Notes under the pieces: model-generated
The model's database searches: none
Told to the model about the DNA's origin: nothing
What the model saw: the letters and a program-made list of their open reading frames with translations, nothing else
Program-made: the position numbers and the translations under genes
In this document: positions 18,933-29,653 of the stretch, in pieces
Layout: the number at the start of each line of letters is the position of its first letter
How positions within the stretch are numbered: position 1 is the first letter of the stretch
NCBI GenBank assembly: GCA_002410925.1
Contig: DHPR01000035.1
Span: 1 to 59,789 of the forward strand
Length of the DNA: 59,789 bases
Source: a bacterium UBP13_UBA5359
Lineage (GTDB): Bacteria; UBP13; UBA5359
Reading direction: 5' to 3'

Positions 18933-21900
18933 ATGGGAAGCGTAAAACTAACAATTAACAACCAACAACCGGCATCTGCTGCCGCAGGCGGTACCTTCTG
19001 GACTCCGGCTCAACAACGGGCTATTGATCTACGGGGTTCCGATATCCTGGTTTCCGCCGCTGCTGGAGCCGGTAAGACAGCTGTGTTGGTGGAGCGCATC
19101 ATCCAGCATATTCTGAAGCCCGGTAATATAGATGATATTGTTACCCGCATACTGGTGGTCACCTTTACTGAAGCGGCAGCCATGGAGATGCGCAGCCGAA
19201 TCATCGATAGCATAAGGAAGACACTGGCGGAAGCTCCAGAGGGAGATGAGCGGCGTCGTGAGTATCTGCACCGTCAGATGGTTCTGGCTGAAGGAGCCTC
19301 CATCTCCACTCTGCACGCCTTCTGCCTTAAAATCGTCAGGCAGTACTACTACCGGCTGGAGGGGTTGGATCCGGCCTTCGGCGTCATGGATGCCGATGAA
19401 GCTGAACTCTTGAGATTGGACGTCTTGGAGAGCCTTTACGAGGAGAGCTATTCATCTTTGTCCGGCTTTACAGAGTTGCTGGAGTACTTCGGAGGTCAGG
19501 AAAAGATGCTGACTACGGCACTTCTCAAGCTCTATGATTTTGCCTGGAGCCAGCCCTGGCCGCTGGATTGGTTGGATAAAGCGGCCTCTGCCTATGGCCT
19601 TTCCGATGATAAAGCGCTGACAGAAACTCGTTGGCTATCCGCCGTCATGGAGGAAACAGCGGCCGCGCTGGCCTATGCAGCAGAGCTTACCGAACTCAAT
19701 CTGCATGATTGTTGCTGCCCTGGCGGTCCGGCTGTTTATGCTGCAGCTTTACAAGAGGATGTCGACATCATCGAGCAGGTGCTGCAAGCAGCCCGGGAGA
19801 GCAGCTGGGACGACCTGATGCATGTATTGGAGGAGGTTGCCTTTGCCAAGCTGGCGCCGGTCAGAGCTAAGGACGGGGTCGATGAGAGGCTGAAGGAACG
19901 AGTGCAGGAACGGCGTAAGGTTGTTAAGGGAATTGTGGACACTCTACAACGGCGCTTCAATCGTCCGGTTGCTATGCTGGCACAGGAGATTCGTCAAACA
20001 GCACCACTGGCGCAGACGCTGACAGAGCTTGTCAAACGATTTGCCGCTGCCTTTTTCGAAGCCAAACAGAACCATCGCTTGGTGGATTTTAACGATCTGG
20101 AACATCTCTCTTTGAAGCTGTTGCTAGGTGAGGGATCCAGACCCGGCTGTGAGATACCTTCCGAAGTGGCTCTGGAATTGAAAGAGCGCTTTGAAGAGGT
20201 TCTGGTCGATGAATATCAGGATATCAATGAATTGCAGGATACCATATTGAGACTGGTCTCTCGTCGTGGCGGTGAGGGCGGGCAATCCAATCTCTTTATG
20301 GTAGGAGATGTCAAACAGAGCATTTATCGTTTTAGGCTGGCTGATCCGGCTATCTTTCAGGGAAGATACAATGCTTATCCGTCAGATGACGGCTGCAATG
20401 CCCCGAAAGAAAAGGTAAAGATCATTCTGGGAGATAACTTTCGCAGCCGCCGAACGATTATCGACGGAGTCAATCTAATCTTCAAGCAGATAATGACATC
20501 AGAACTGGGTGGTATCGATTACGATGAGAACCACCGGTTGAAATATGGCGCATTTAAGGCCTATGCCGATGATGGTGAAGATGAGGCGTATTACGCCAGG
20601 CCGGAATTCCCAGAGGCAGAGCTGTGGCTCTGTACCACTGACGAGGTTGGAGGGCAGGAAGGCGAAGCTGAAGATGATGAAAATGTCGAAGAAGGGCCGG
20701 AGGATCTGGAGAACATTGAGCGCGAAGGGCGGCTTATAGCCCGACGTATCCGTGCGTTGATGGGAGAATGCTCGGAAGAAGAGCTGCAGGTGTATGATAA
20801 GCGAAGTAAAGCGATGCGTCCCGTTCGCTACAGTGATATGGCTATCCTGCTTCGCTCCACCAAGATCAAGGCCAATCTTCTGCTGGAGGAACTGCGCCGC
20901 TGCGGCATACCCGCTTACGCCGATTTGGGAGGCGGTTATTTCAGCGCTGTTGAAGTAGAGACCATGTTCTCTTTGCTGCAGATCATAGATAATCCTCGCC
21001 AGGATATTCATTTGGCAGCGGTGTTGCGTTCGCCTTTGGTCGGCCTGTGTGAAGATGCTCTAGCCTGTATTCGGCTGGCCGATAGACAGGGTGATTATTA
21101 TGATGCATTGCAGGCTGCCGCCGCTGGAGAGGGCGATCCGGCAGAAGCTGCCGGTGAGTTTCTCTTTCACCTCGATCAATGGCGAACTATGGCCAGGCGG
21201 CAGCCACTGGCCGAGCTGATTCAGCGCATCTATGCCGAAACCGGTTATCTGGCTTACGTAGGCGGCCTTCCCGGCGGTGGACAGAGACGCGCCAACCTTC
21301 GGGCACTCTATGACAGAGCCAGGCAGTTTGGTGGTTTCAGCCGGCAGAGTCTCTTCCGCTTTCTGCGTTTCATTGAAAATTTGAGGCAGAACCAGGGAGA
21401 TTTGGGTACAGCCAGAGCCCTTGGAGAGAGCGAAAATGTGGTACGTATCATGAGCATCCACAAGAGCAAGGGGCTGGAATTCCCGGTGGTCTTTTTGGCC
21501 GATTTGGGTAAGCGCTTTAATCTGGATGATACCAGGGGAGATGTTCTGGTCCATCGCGGCTCTGGTTTGGAATTAGGCCTTTCCTGCTATGACAGGAAGC
21601 TGCGGCTGCGTTACCCTACGCTGGCCCGTGAAGCGGTGGCGGCAGCCCTTAAGCGGGACAGTCTGGCCGAAGAGCTGCGTGTACTTTATGTGGCTATGAC
21701 CAGGGCACGGGAACGCCTGATCATGACTGCTTCCGTTAAGAATCATTATGCTGCCGTTCAGCGCTGGAGTCTCTCCGATCATCGGGGCTGGACATTTCCG
21801 TTATATCGGCTGGCAGCAGCTTCCGGATTCCTTGACTGGTTGATGCCGGCATTGCTCAGGCACAGAGATGGAGGGCTCTTCCTGGCTTCTTTAGGGCTGG

Positions 21901-22910
21901 AGATGTCACCGTCGCCTGAGGATATACTTGAAGACCGGTCGGCCTGGAAGATATCCTTGGTACACGCTGTGGAACTGCAAAGGCAAGTACATACCGGAAA
22001 AGGAGCCTGGAGCTTTCTGAAGAATCTCGAACAGCCCTCCGGTTCTCCTGACTCCGGCGTTACAGCCCGGCTTGACCGGGCGCTTGGTTGGAAATATCCT
22101 TTTGCATCAATTGCCGATCTGCCACAGAGAGTACGGATAACCGAAATTGAACATTTGCTGCCGGAGCGGACAGAGGGTAACCCTTCTGCGTCCGGCAATA
22201 CCCTCACGGCGGATGCAGGCGGACAGTATAGCTTATGGCCGGTAGAAGAGTTGGAAACCAACAACCGAGAACCGGCAAATGCGTCCGAAGGAGATGTTTA
22301 TGAATGGGACGATGAACTGCTGGAAGAGCCGAAGCTTTCATTTGCCTTCCCTGCCGTTATATTCCGGTCAAAGGGCAGCCGGTCGGATGCAACTGCTGTC
22401 GGTACAATCAATCATCTGGTGCTGCAGCATCTGAATCTGGATGCAGCGCTGGATGAAGGCGATATAGCCCTGCAAATTCAGCAGATGACGGATAGAGGAT
22501 TGCTGCGGCAGGAAGAGACGGCCTCTATTCTGGTCAAGGAGATAGCAGCTTTTTTCTGCTCCGATCCTGGCAGGCGCATCCTGGCGGAGCGTCATAATCT
22601 GCGCCGTGAACTTCCCTTCAGTCTCCTGCTGCCGGCGGCGGAAGTTTACCCCGATATACCATCGGATCAACTGCAGGGAGAACATGTCTCCCTTTACGGT
22701 ATTATAGATTGCCTTGTTCCGATGGGTGACGGCTATATGCTGATAGATTACAAGACGGATAGGCTGGGCCCGGAGGAAGCCGAAACAGCCCGTGCCAGAT
22801 ATGCAACTCAGATGAGGGCCTACGGCCTGGCGGTGGAGCGCATCACCCGCCGGCGCGTCCTGGAGAGCTGGATCTATCTGCTGCGGCCGGGGATGGCGGT
22901 GAAAATTTAA
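18933..22910 (+). CDS. addA: ATP-dependent helicase/nuclease subunit A
   Basis: VSAAAGAGKTAVLVERI, TFTEAAA, VDEYQD, VGDVKQSIYRFR, SIHKSKGLEF, YVAMTRA, GIID...IDYKTD. Confidence 0.96.
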   Translation: MGSVKLTINNQQPASAAAGGTFWTPAQQRAIDLRGSDILVSAAAGAGKTAVLVERIIQHILKPGNIDDIVTRILVVTFTEAAAMEMRSRIIDSIRKTLAEAPEGDERRREYLHRQMVLAEGASISTLHAFCLKIVRQYYYRLEGLDPAFGVMDADEAELLRLDVLESLYEESYSSLSGFTELLEYFGGQEKMLTTALLKLYDFAWSQPWPLDWLDKAASAYGLSDDKALTETRWLSAVMEETAAALAYAAELTELNLHDCCCPGGPAVYAAALQEDVDIIEQVLQAARESSWDDLMHVLEEVAFAKLAPVRAKDGVDERLKERVQERRKVVKGIVDTLQRRFNRPVAMLAQEIRQTAPLAQTLTELVKRFAAAFFEAKQNHRLVDFNDLEHLSLKLLLGEGSRPGCEIPSEVALELKERFEEVLVDEYQDINELQDTILRLVSRRGGEGGQSNLFMVGDVKQSIYRFRLADPAIFQGRYNAYPSDDGCNAPKEKVKIILGDNFRSRRTIIDGVNLIFKQIMTSELGGIDYDENHRLKYGAFKAYADDGEDEAYYARPEFPEAELWLCTTDEVGGQEGEAEDDENVEEGPEDLENIEREGRLIARRIRALMGECSEEELQVYDKRSKAMRPVRYSDMAILLRSTKIKANLLLEELRRCGIPAYADLGGGYFSAVEVETMFSLLQIIDNPRQDIHLAAVLRSPLVGLCEDALACIRLADRQGDYYDALQAAAAGEGDPAEAAGEFLFHLDQWRTMARRQPLAELIQRIYAETGYLAYVGGLPGGGQRRANLRALYDRARQFGGFSRQSLFRFLRFIENLRQNQGDLGTARALGESENVVRIMSIHKSKGLEFPVVFLADLGKRFNLDDTRGDVLVHRGSGLELGLSCYDRKLRLRYPTLAREAVAAALKRDSLAEELRVLYVAMTRARERLIMTASVKNHYAAVQRWSLSDHRGWTFPLYRLAAASGFLDWLMPALLRHRDGGLFLASLGLEMSPSPEDILEDRSAWKISLVHAVELQRQVHTGKGAWSFLKNLEQPSGSPDSGVTARLDRALGWKYPFASIADLPQRVRITEIEHLLPERTEGNPSASGNTLTADAGGQYSLWPVEELETNNREPANASEGDVYEWDDELLEEPKLSFAFPAVIFRSKGSRSDATAVGTINHLVLQHLNLDAALDEGDIALQIQQMTDRGLLRQEETASILVKEIAAFFCSDPGRRILAERHNLRRELPFSLLLPAAEVYPDIPSDQLQGEHVSLYGIIDCLVPMGDGYMLIDYKTDRLGPEEAETARARYATQMRAYGLAVERITRRRVLESWIYLLRPGMAVKI

Positions 22911-23046
22911 GAGTAGCAATGAATTTGTCTAAGTATGTAAAGGGCTGGTATGATGCTTGATAGTCAATATGGACGAACGCCGGTTTATTACCCAAAGAAC
23001 AAATAAAAAAGCGTTGAAGGCGGTGTGATCAAAAAAGGCAAAATCT

Positions 23047-25146
23047 TTGCGTTACAGTTCAAGCAGGGATAGCCGCCACTGGCTGCAAATAGGTAACGGC
23101 TTTTCCTCGCTAATCGGTAAACTGGTAAGGGATCATTGTTATTACGGTTTTCAGGATGAGAATATCGATATTATAATCCGGGCTCTGGGAGGGAAGGGCA
23201 TCTATTTCGGCACGGAGAAAAGCCCGCTTATCATTCCTGAAGAAGATTCCCTCACTTTTTATCAGCGATACTTGGGGCCGCCGGCTCGCACCGTTCAGAC
23301 TCTGCCGGATGGCTCCGCCACTCTTCGTATATGCAGACAGCCGGAACAAGAGCAGACCATCTGGAAGAGCCTATCGAAATTCGGCCTGAAACGCGGAGAG
23401 GCTGCACAGCTTTTTCAATTGCGTAAGGCAGTGACATCGGTGGATTTTATCTGCAGCTATCTGCCGCGCCTGGCCGAGGCCGGCTTTGAAGTATACGGCG
23501 AAGAGAACATCGGCGGCATCAGAATCAATCGTAATACGCCGAAGATATCCATGGTAGTAAGTTCGGAAATCGATTGGTTCGATCTCAAAATCGTTATCAC
23601 CTTCGGCGACATCCAACTCTCCCTGGCTGAATTCCGCCGCGCTCTGAAGAAGCGAGAGCGCTATGTCAAACTGGTCGATGGTTCCATCGGGGAACTGCCC
23701 TTGGAATGGCTGGAGCGCTACCGGCACGTATTCGAACTGGCAGAGGAGAGTGATGATGGCCTGCACCTGCGTAAGTCGCAGATAACGCTGCTGGAAGCTG
23801 CGTTGGATCAGGCCGATGAAGCCCGGGCCGATGCGGAGTTTAAGGAGAGGTGCCGGTGCTTGCGCGATTTTACCGGCATCGAGCCGGCGGCGTTGCCGAC
23901 AGGTTTAAATGGTGAACTGAGGCCATACCAAAAGGCAGGTTATGATTGGCTGCATTTTCTTCATAAGTATGAACTGGGCGGTTGCCTGGCAGACGATATG
24001 GGTATCGGCAAAACAGCTCAAGCACTGACCCTTCTGGCCTCATTGCAGGAGAGCGGGCATACGCAGGCTGCCAGTCTGATCGTTATGCCGCGCTCTCTGC
24101 TGACCAACTGGGCCAGTGAAGCAGAGCATTTTACTCCCAGGCTTCATGTTTTGGTACACGCCGATGGGGATCGTTTCGACGACCAGGCTCATTTTGATGA
24201 TTATGATCTGGTGCTGACCGGTACACCGGTGGAAAACTCCACTCTGGATCTCTGGTCACAGTTCGCCTTTCCCAACCCCGGCATGCTGGGCAATCTGAAA
24301 TATTTTCGCAAGGAGTTCGCTAATTCCGTGGAGCGTAACAGAGAGGAGGAAGCGGTCGGAGAGTTACGCCGTCTGGTTTATCCCTTTATTTTACGACGAA
24401 CCAAGAAGCAGGTGGCCAGAGAGTTGCCTCTTTGCACAGAACACACTATTTACTGTGAGATGGAGCCTGCTCAGAGGAAAGCATATACCTTATGCAGGGA
24501 TAAATATCGGGCTTATCTGTTAGGGATGATCGAGAGGGAAGGCATAAATAATATGCGAATGAAGATCCTGGAGGGCCTGCTGCGCCTGCGCCAGATATGC
24601 GACCATCCGGTTCTGGTAGACCCCGATTTCAAAGGCGGATCGGTCAAGATGGATGTGCTGCTGGAGGCTGTGGAAACGCTCTGGGAGGAGGGGCATAAGG
24701 CGCTTGTTTTCTCGCAGTTTACCAGGATGCTGAAGGAGATCGAAACGGAATTGCAAGCTCGCCGTATACCCTATGTGTATCTGGACGGCCGCACCAAAGA
24801 ACGTCAGGAGCGCATCGATTTTTTTCAAAACGACCCTGGTATTCCGCTCTTTCTTATAAGCCTGAGGGCCGGTGGAGTAGGTCTCAACCTCACTGCTGCA
24901 GACTACGTTTTCCATGTAGACCCCTGGTGGAATCCGGCAGTAGAGCGCCAGGCCACCGACCGCGCACATCGCATCGGCCAGGAGAAGCCGGTCTTCGTCA
25001 ACAAACTGGTTGTCCGGGATTCGGTGGAGGAGAAGATACTCCTGCTGCAAGAGCGCAAGAAGGATCTCGTAGACAAGCTGATAACCGCTGAAAGCGGCTT
25101 CTTTAAATCGCTTACCCATGAAGATGTCAGGCTGCTGTTCAGTTAA
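23047..25146 (+). pseudogene. SNF2-family helicase, N-terminally decayed with an internal in-frame deletion
   Basis: LRPYQ, LADDMGIGKT, TGTPVEN, LVFSQF, SLRAGGVGLNL, QATDRAHRIGQ are present, but no Walker B DExx motif; no RBS or good start. Confidence 0.75.
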
Positions 25147-25162
25147 ATTTCTTTCAACGCAA

Positions 25163-25230
25163 AAGAAGGAATCTGGAAAAGGATAACGAATATTATAAAT
25201 TAAGCGTATGCATACAGATGTATACAGATG
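25163..25230 (+). promoter_or_regulatory. SigH-like promoter plus putative operator for the GntR/LacI regulator
   Basis: GAAGGAATCT-ggaaaaggata-ACGAAT (21-nt spacing), then tandem ATGCATACAG/ATGTATACAG repeats. Confidence 0.5.
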
Positions 25231-25248
25231 ATTTCTCAGGAGATGAAC

Positions 25249-26415
25249 ATGGACGATAACAACCGGAGTGGAGTAATAGAAAAGGACAGCCCTGTTCCTG
25301 TCTACAGGCAGGTGGAGGAGCATCTGAAGCAGAGCATTGCTTCAGGATACTTGCAGGCCTGCCAGAGAATGCCGTCCACCAGAGAATTGTGCCGGCAATT
25401 CGATATCAGCACTACCACGGCAGTGCTGGCGCTGAAGAGCCTGGTTAACGACGGATTTGCTTATACCGTACAGGGAAAGGGCACTTTTGTGGCGGACAGG
25501 AAGAAGGACCGTCCGGTGATAGGCCTGGTCATACCCCATCTCATCCTGAATAAGGACGTCGAAATGGCCAGGTATGACGCCAAGCATTTTGTTCCTTTGG
25601 TACATTTTATCGAGGATGAAGCCAGGAAAAGTGGGGCGGATATCCTGCTTTGCCTTGATAATGATAGCCCCGAGAATGAAAAGGAAAACATATTGAAACT
25701 GTTGCAGCGAGGTGTGGACGGAATAATAATTTACTACATAGGAGGGGAGAGCAATCTGAAGTATATCAGGCAGATAAAGGCGGCCGGGATACCGCTGGTG
25801 CTTATCGACAGATCTATAGACGGCATCGATGTCGATTATGTAACGACCGATAATTTCAGCGGTGCTTATAAAGCAACACGGTTTTTGCTGGAAAGTAGAT
25901 GTCCGGCCGATTATTACCTTTTTACCAATGCCGAAAAATGCAATGCGAATACGGAAAGAGAAAGAGGGTTTCAAAGAGCGCTGCTGGATTCCGGTCAGGC
26001 TATTCTCGGCAGCAGCATAAAGTCGGCCAGTTGTTATACCAATCTGGAGGATATCGAATACAATGCCAGATACGATGAAGAGATATACTGCCTGGCCAAG
26101 ACTCTGGCCGGTAAAAACCGGGATGTGCCCTTGGGAATCTTTGCCATCAACTCTCCTATTCTGGTGGGTGTATGGGAAGCTTTGAAGGAAATGCGGATAA
26201 ACCGTAGCAATCTTACCCTGGCCTGTTTTGACGAGCCGCCGCTGGCGATACCGGAAGAGGTTCCCTTTGCTATAGTTTTGCAGCCATTGGAAGAAATAGG
26301 CAGGCAGAGTGTCAGGATTGTAACGGAGAAGCTGGCAGGTGAAAAGGAGATACAGAGAATCGTTTTGCCGCCGGTGGTCAAGGTGGTGAATGAAGGCCGG
26401 GCACTGCCGATATAG
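25249..26415 (+). CDS. GntR wHTH + LacI-type sugar-binding transcriptional regulator (AraR-like)
   Basis: PVYRQVEE...MPSTREL...QGKGTFV GntR head; periplasmic-binding-fold tail (VLIDR, VTTDNFSG, ERERGF, QPLEEIGRQ). Confidence 0.92.
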   Translation: MDDNNRSGVIEKDSPVPVYRQVEEHLKQSIASGYLQACQRMPSTRELCRQFDISTTTAVLALKSLVNDGFAYTVQGKGTFVADRKKDRPVIGLVIPHLILNKDVEMARYDAKHFVPLVHFIEDEARKSGADILLCLDNDSPENEKENILKLLQRGVDGIIIYYIGGESNLKYIRQIKAAGIPLVLIDRSIDGIDVDYVTTDNFSGAYKATRFLLESRCPADYYLFTNAEKCNANTERERGFQRALLDSGQAILGSSIKSASCYTNLEDIEYNARYDEEIYCLAKTLAGKNRDVPLGIFAINSPILVGVWEALKEMRINRSNLTLACFDEPPLAIPEEVPFAIVLQPLEEIGRQSVRIVTEKLAGEKEIQRIVLPPVVKVVNEGRALPI

Positions 26416-26489
26416 TCGTCAGTGTATCTGCACGGAATTAAGGTCCTGTTAAGAAGTGTAAAAACCGTGAAAACGTGAAAGGGTGCTGA

Positions 26490-26708
26490 ATGAATAAGAG
26501 TAGGCTATGGGCATATCTTCACATAATTATGGTATTGTTTATACTGTCGGCTTTATCGATCGGTTGTCCGGCGTGGGCAGTCACCTACTCCACCGTAGCA
26601 TGCGAGGATTTATTCGCAAACCTAGGGTCCAAAAGCGTGGTCTACAAGAGTGAAGTTCTTTTGAACTTAGGTCAACTCATGATATACGAGGGTTCGTTAA
26701 CTTTCTGA
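26490..26708 (+). CDS. short signal-peptide ORF, possibly a truncated secreted protein
   Basis: GAAAGGGTG RBS and Sec signal ending in PAWA; only about 42 residues follow. Confidence 0.35.
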   Translation: MNKSRLWAYLHIIMVLFILSALSIGCPAWAVTYSTVACEDLFANLGSKSVVYKSEVLLNLGQLMIYEGSLTF

Positions 26709-26811
26709 ATGCATCTAAATGGTTTTAAGAATTTCTAAAGCAATTCAGGCAGCTACTAAATAAAATCATCCGGCACATTACCAGGTTCGTATTTGAGAGG
26801 AGTGAAATAAA

Positions 26812-27471
26812 ATGAAATGCCAAACAGCGAAAGGCCGGTGGAACGATAAGCTGTCCAACAATCAGAAGAGCCGCAGGACAGGATTTACCTTGATTGAACT
26901 CTTAACCGTTATCCTGATTATCGCCTTGTTGGTCGCCATATTGTTGCCGGTGTTCAGCCAAGCCAGGGAAAAGGCCAAACAAGCGCACTGCATCAGCAAT
27001 TTGAAGCAGCTCGGCCAGATCATGCAGATGTACGCGGCGGATTATGATGATTATATCTTGCCCTTCAACGTTACCTACAACAACGCCGATCAAATGGCCT
27101 ACCCTATGAGAGGAACGCCATGGTGGACGCTGACGATGCCGTATGCCGCCACTGTCGCCAATAAGCTTGTCTTTTGCCCCAGGCGGAGCTTCAGATACGG
27201 TATGAATCTCAATCTGTTCGTTGATGGCAAGAAGTACCGTACGCTTGCCGATACCGCCAGGATGGGCACTCTGGAGGGCAAAATGGTCTATATTATCTGC
27301 AGTGCTAGGGGCGCGGGCATCTGCCTGCATAACTATTATCCTGATGGATTTTATGGTGCCTACAAAGAGCACAATAACGGCCATAACGTCCTCTTCCTGG
27401 ACGGCCATGTCCAGTGGCTACGGGATATCCGCGCCAACAGCAGCGGCTATATCTGGTACTCCAGCAAATGA
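26812..27471 (+). CDS. DUF1559-type prepilin-like protein (type IV pilin N-terminal cleavage/methylation motif + H-X9-DG C-terminus)
   Basis: [48 protein letters not shown] and [14 protein letters not shown]. Confidence 0.93.
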   Translation: MKCQTAKGRWNDKLSNNQKSRRTGFTLIELLTVILIIALLVAILLPVFSQAREKAKQAHCISNLKQLGQIMQMYAADYDDYILPFNVTYNNADQMAYPMRGTPWWTLTMPYAATVANKLVFCPRRSFRYGMNLNLFVDGKKYRTLADTARMGTLEGKMVYIICSARGAGICLHNYYPDGFYGAYKEHNNGHNVLFLDGHVQWLRDIRANSSGYIWYSSK

Positions 27472-27482
27472 GGTGTAAAAGG

Positions 27483-28955
27483 ATGAAGCGATGTTCGATC
27501 CTATCTTTGGCAATTCTTCTTGTCTGTATGATTTTTGCCCCATTAAGCGCCGCTGCAGAAAGATTCAGCTTCATGGTAACGGGCGACAGCCGGAGTTCCG
27601 GCCGGCCTTCGCCGGTGCTGGATAGCATTATGCATGAAGCTGCCCTGCTGCAGCCCGATTTTGTGGTCCACACCGGCGACTGGATGGATGCTCCGGACGA
27701 GGCCGGCTGGAGAAACTTTTTAACCGTGATGAAATCCGGCAAGGTTCCTTATCATCTGGTCATCGGCAATCATGAGACCGGTAAAGACTGGAAAGACCTG
27801 TATGGCAGGATGATAGGCAAGCCTCTTTACTACTCTTTTTCACACAAGGGGACGCTGTTCATCATCTTATGCTGTTATGCCGGCGAAAAAAGCAGCCTGA
27901 TCGACAGTGCCCAGTTTCAGTGGCTGACGGAGCAGTTGCAGCGCAAGGGTAAGACAGCCGGCCGGATCTTCGTTTTTGCGCATGAGCCTCTTTATCCGGT
28001 AGGCCCCCATATCGGTAGTTCGCTCGATAAGTACCCCGGAGAGAGGGATAAGCTGGCCGGCTTGTTTCGTCGATACGGTAATAAACTTATCTTCTTTTGC
28101 AGTCACGAGCATCTCTACAGCAAAAAGACGGTCGACGGCCTGACGCAGATAATCTCCGCCGGAGCTGGAGCGCCGCTTTATGCCTCGCCGGAAAAAGGCG
28201 GGTTTTACCATTACCTTTACGTTACGGTATCCGGCAGCATCTGCGATATTGCCCTTATCAAGCCCGGCAGCATCTTCGGAGACGAGTTGCTCTCCGATCC
28301 GGCCTACCAGCGCCGCGTATCCAGAGAGAGACGGGAAGCGGCCTGGGGAGTCATTCCCGTGGCTGAATTGCCCGGGCCGGTCAGGATAGATGGCGACCTA
28401 TCCGACTGGAAGGGCATAGTTCCGCTGCATCTGGAGAAAGACGACCTTTCGCCCGAAGACCTGGCGGCCGATGTCTATTTAAGCTGGGATAAAGATAACT
28501 TTTATTTCGGCGTTGAGGTCACGGACGATGCTCACGTCAACGGCAGAAAGGGAGCCGATATCTGGAACGGCGATTGTATCCAGATAGCTTTCGATGCTCT
28601 GGGCAACGCCGGCAAGGCAGGCTACGATAGCGATGACCGTGAGTTTGGTCTGGCTTTGGCCGCAGCGGGGCAGGTGTTCTACTGTTGGAAGGGTACATCC
28701 GGGCCGGGTGCCATGACCTTCCCGGCAGCAGTGATCAGAAAAGGCAATCGCACCTGTTACGAAGCGGCTATGCCACTGCAGGAAATCTTTCCCGTCCGTC
28801 CGGCAGCGGGCCTGAGGTTCGGTTTGAACTTGGCCGTCCTCGACGATGATACGGGCACATGCCTGGAGGGCCGGGTGGAACTCAGCGGCGGCATCGTCGG
28901 CGGCAAGGATCCTTCTCTTTTTAGAAAATTTATGTTTGCGGAGAGTGCCAAATGA
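27483..28955 (+). CDS. secreted calcineurin-like metallophosphoesterase fused to a CBM9/DOMON-like domain
   Basis: Signal peptide; GDSR, HTGD, GNHE, HEP, SHEH metal motifs; C-terminal IDGDLSDW...WDKDNFYFGVEVTDD...WNGDCIQ. Confidence 0.88.
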   Translation: MKRCSILSLAILLVCMIFAPLSAAAERFSFMVTGDSRSSGRPSPVLDSIMHEAALLQPDFVVHTGDWMDAPDEAGWRNFLTVMKSGKVPYHLVIGNHETGKDWKDLYGRMIGKPLYYSFSHKGTLFIILCCYAGEKSSLIDSAQFQWLTEQLQRKGKTAGRIFVFAHEPLYPVGPHIGSSLDKYPGERDKLAGLFRRYGNKLIFFCSHEHLYSKKTVDGLTQIISAGAGAPLYASPEKGGFYHYLYVTVSGSICDIALIKPGSIFGDELLSDPAYQRRVSRERREAAWGVIPVAELPGPVRIDGDLSDWKGIVPLHLEKDDLSPEDLAADVYLSWDKDNFYFGVEVTDDAHVNGRKGADIWNGDCIQIAFDALGNAGKAGYDSDDREFGLALAAAGQVFYCWKGTSGPGAMTFPAAVIRKGNRTCYEAAMPLQEIFPVRPAAGLRFGLNLAVLDDDTGTCLEGRVELSGGIVGGKDPSLFRKFMFAESAK

Positions 28956-29638
28956 GAAGTTGTATTAAGATGCCGGCACTGACGCTGGCAATTGTGATTC
29001 TGGCGGCAGCTTCTTCCCAGGCTCGAGCCGGGACGCAATTGCTGAAAGTCTGCCGGCAGATAACGTCGAAGGTATCCCTGGACGGCAGCCTGGAGGAGTG
29101 GAAAGCGGCCGCGGCCATCGATACGGAAAAAGAGGGCAAGATCAACGTGATCAGAAACAATAAGGATGATCTGTCCGCCGTGGCTTATACACTTTGGGAC
29201 AAAGGCAACTTTTACCTGGCTTTGTCCGTCAAGGATGATATTCACAAGAACGATGCCGCCGGAGGCGATATCTGGTCCGGTGACAGCGTGCAGTTTGCCT
29301 TCGATCCCACCCCGGACGATCCTAACGATATCTTCAACGACTATGAGTTCGGGATGGCGCTGACAAAACAGGGAACGGTGATCTGGCGCTGGGCACCCGC
29401 TATGGGCAGGGTAAACGCCGCCAAAGCTTGTATCGTGCACCGGGGCGGGACGACCGTATATGAACTTCAACTGCCTTTCACTGAGATGAACTTTGTTCCG
29501 GCCCGCGACAAGCAGTTGGGCTTTACCTTTGCCGTCAACGAGGATGACGGTAAAGGCTGGTGCGGCTGGCTGGAATGGACGCCCGGTATTTGCGGTTACA
29601 AGGACAGCATACTCTTCGGCAGATTGATTCTCAGGTAA
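28952..29638 (+). CDS. secreted stand-alone CBM9/DOMON-like sugar-binding protein
   Basis: Signal peptide; LDGSLEEW...WDKGNFYLALSVKDD...WSGDSVQFAFD...YELQLP; ATGA overlap with the previous gene. Confidence 0.85.
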   Translation: MRSCIKMPALTLAIVILAAASSQARAGTQLLKVCRQITSKVSLDGSLEEWKAAAAIDTEKEGKINVIRNNKDDLSAVAYTLWDKGNFYLALSVKDDIHKNDAAGGDIWSGDSVQFAFDPTPDDPNDIFNDYEFGMALTKQGTVIWRWAPAMGRVNAAKACIVHRGGTTVYELQLPFTEMNFVPARDKQLGFTFAVNEDDGKGWCGWLEWTPGICGYKDSILFGRLILR

Positions 29639-29653
29639 AGGGAAGGAGCGAAT

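Noticed and set aside
27414-27482. Upstream GTG start of the phosphoesterase
   Set aside because: Overlaps the pilin gene; the ATG at 27483 gives a clean signal peptide
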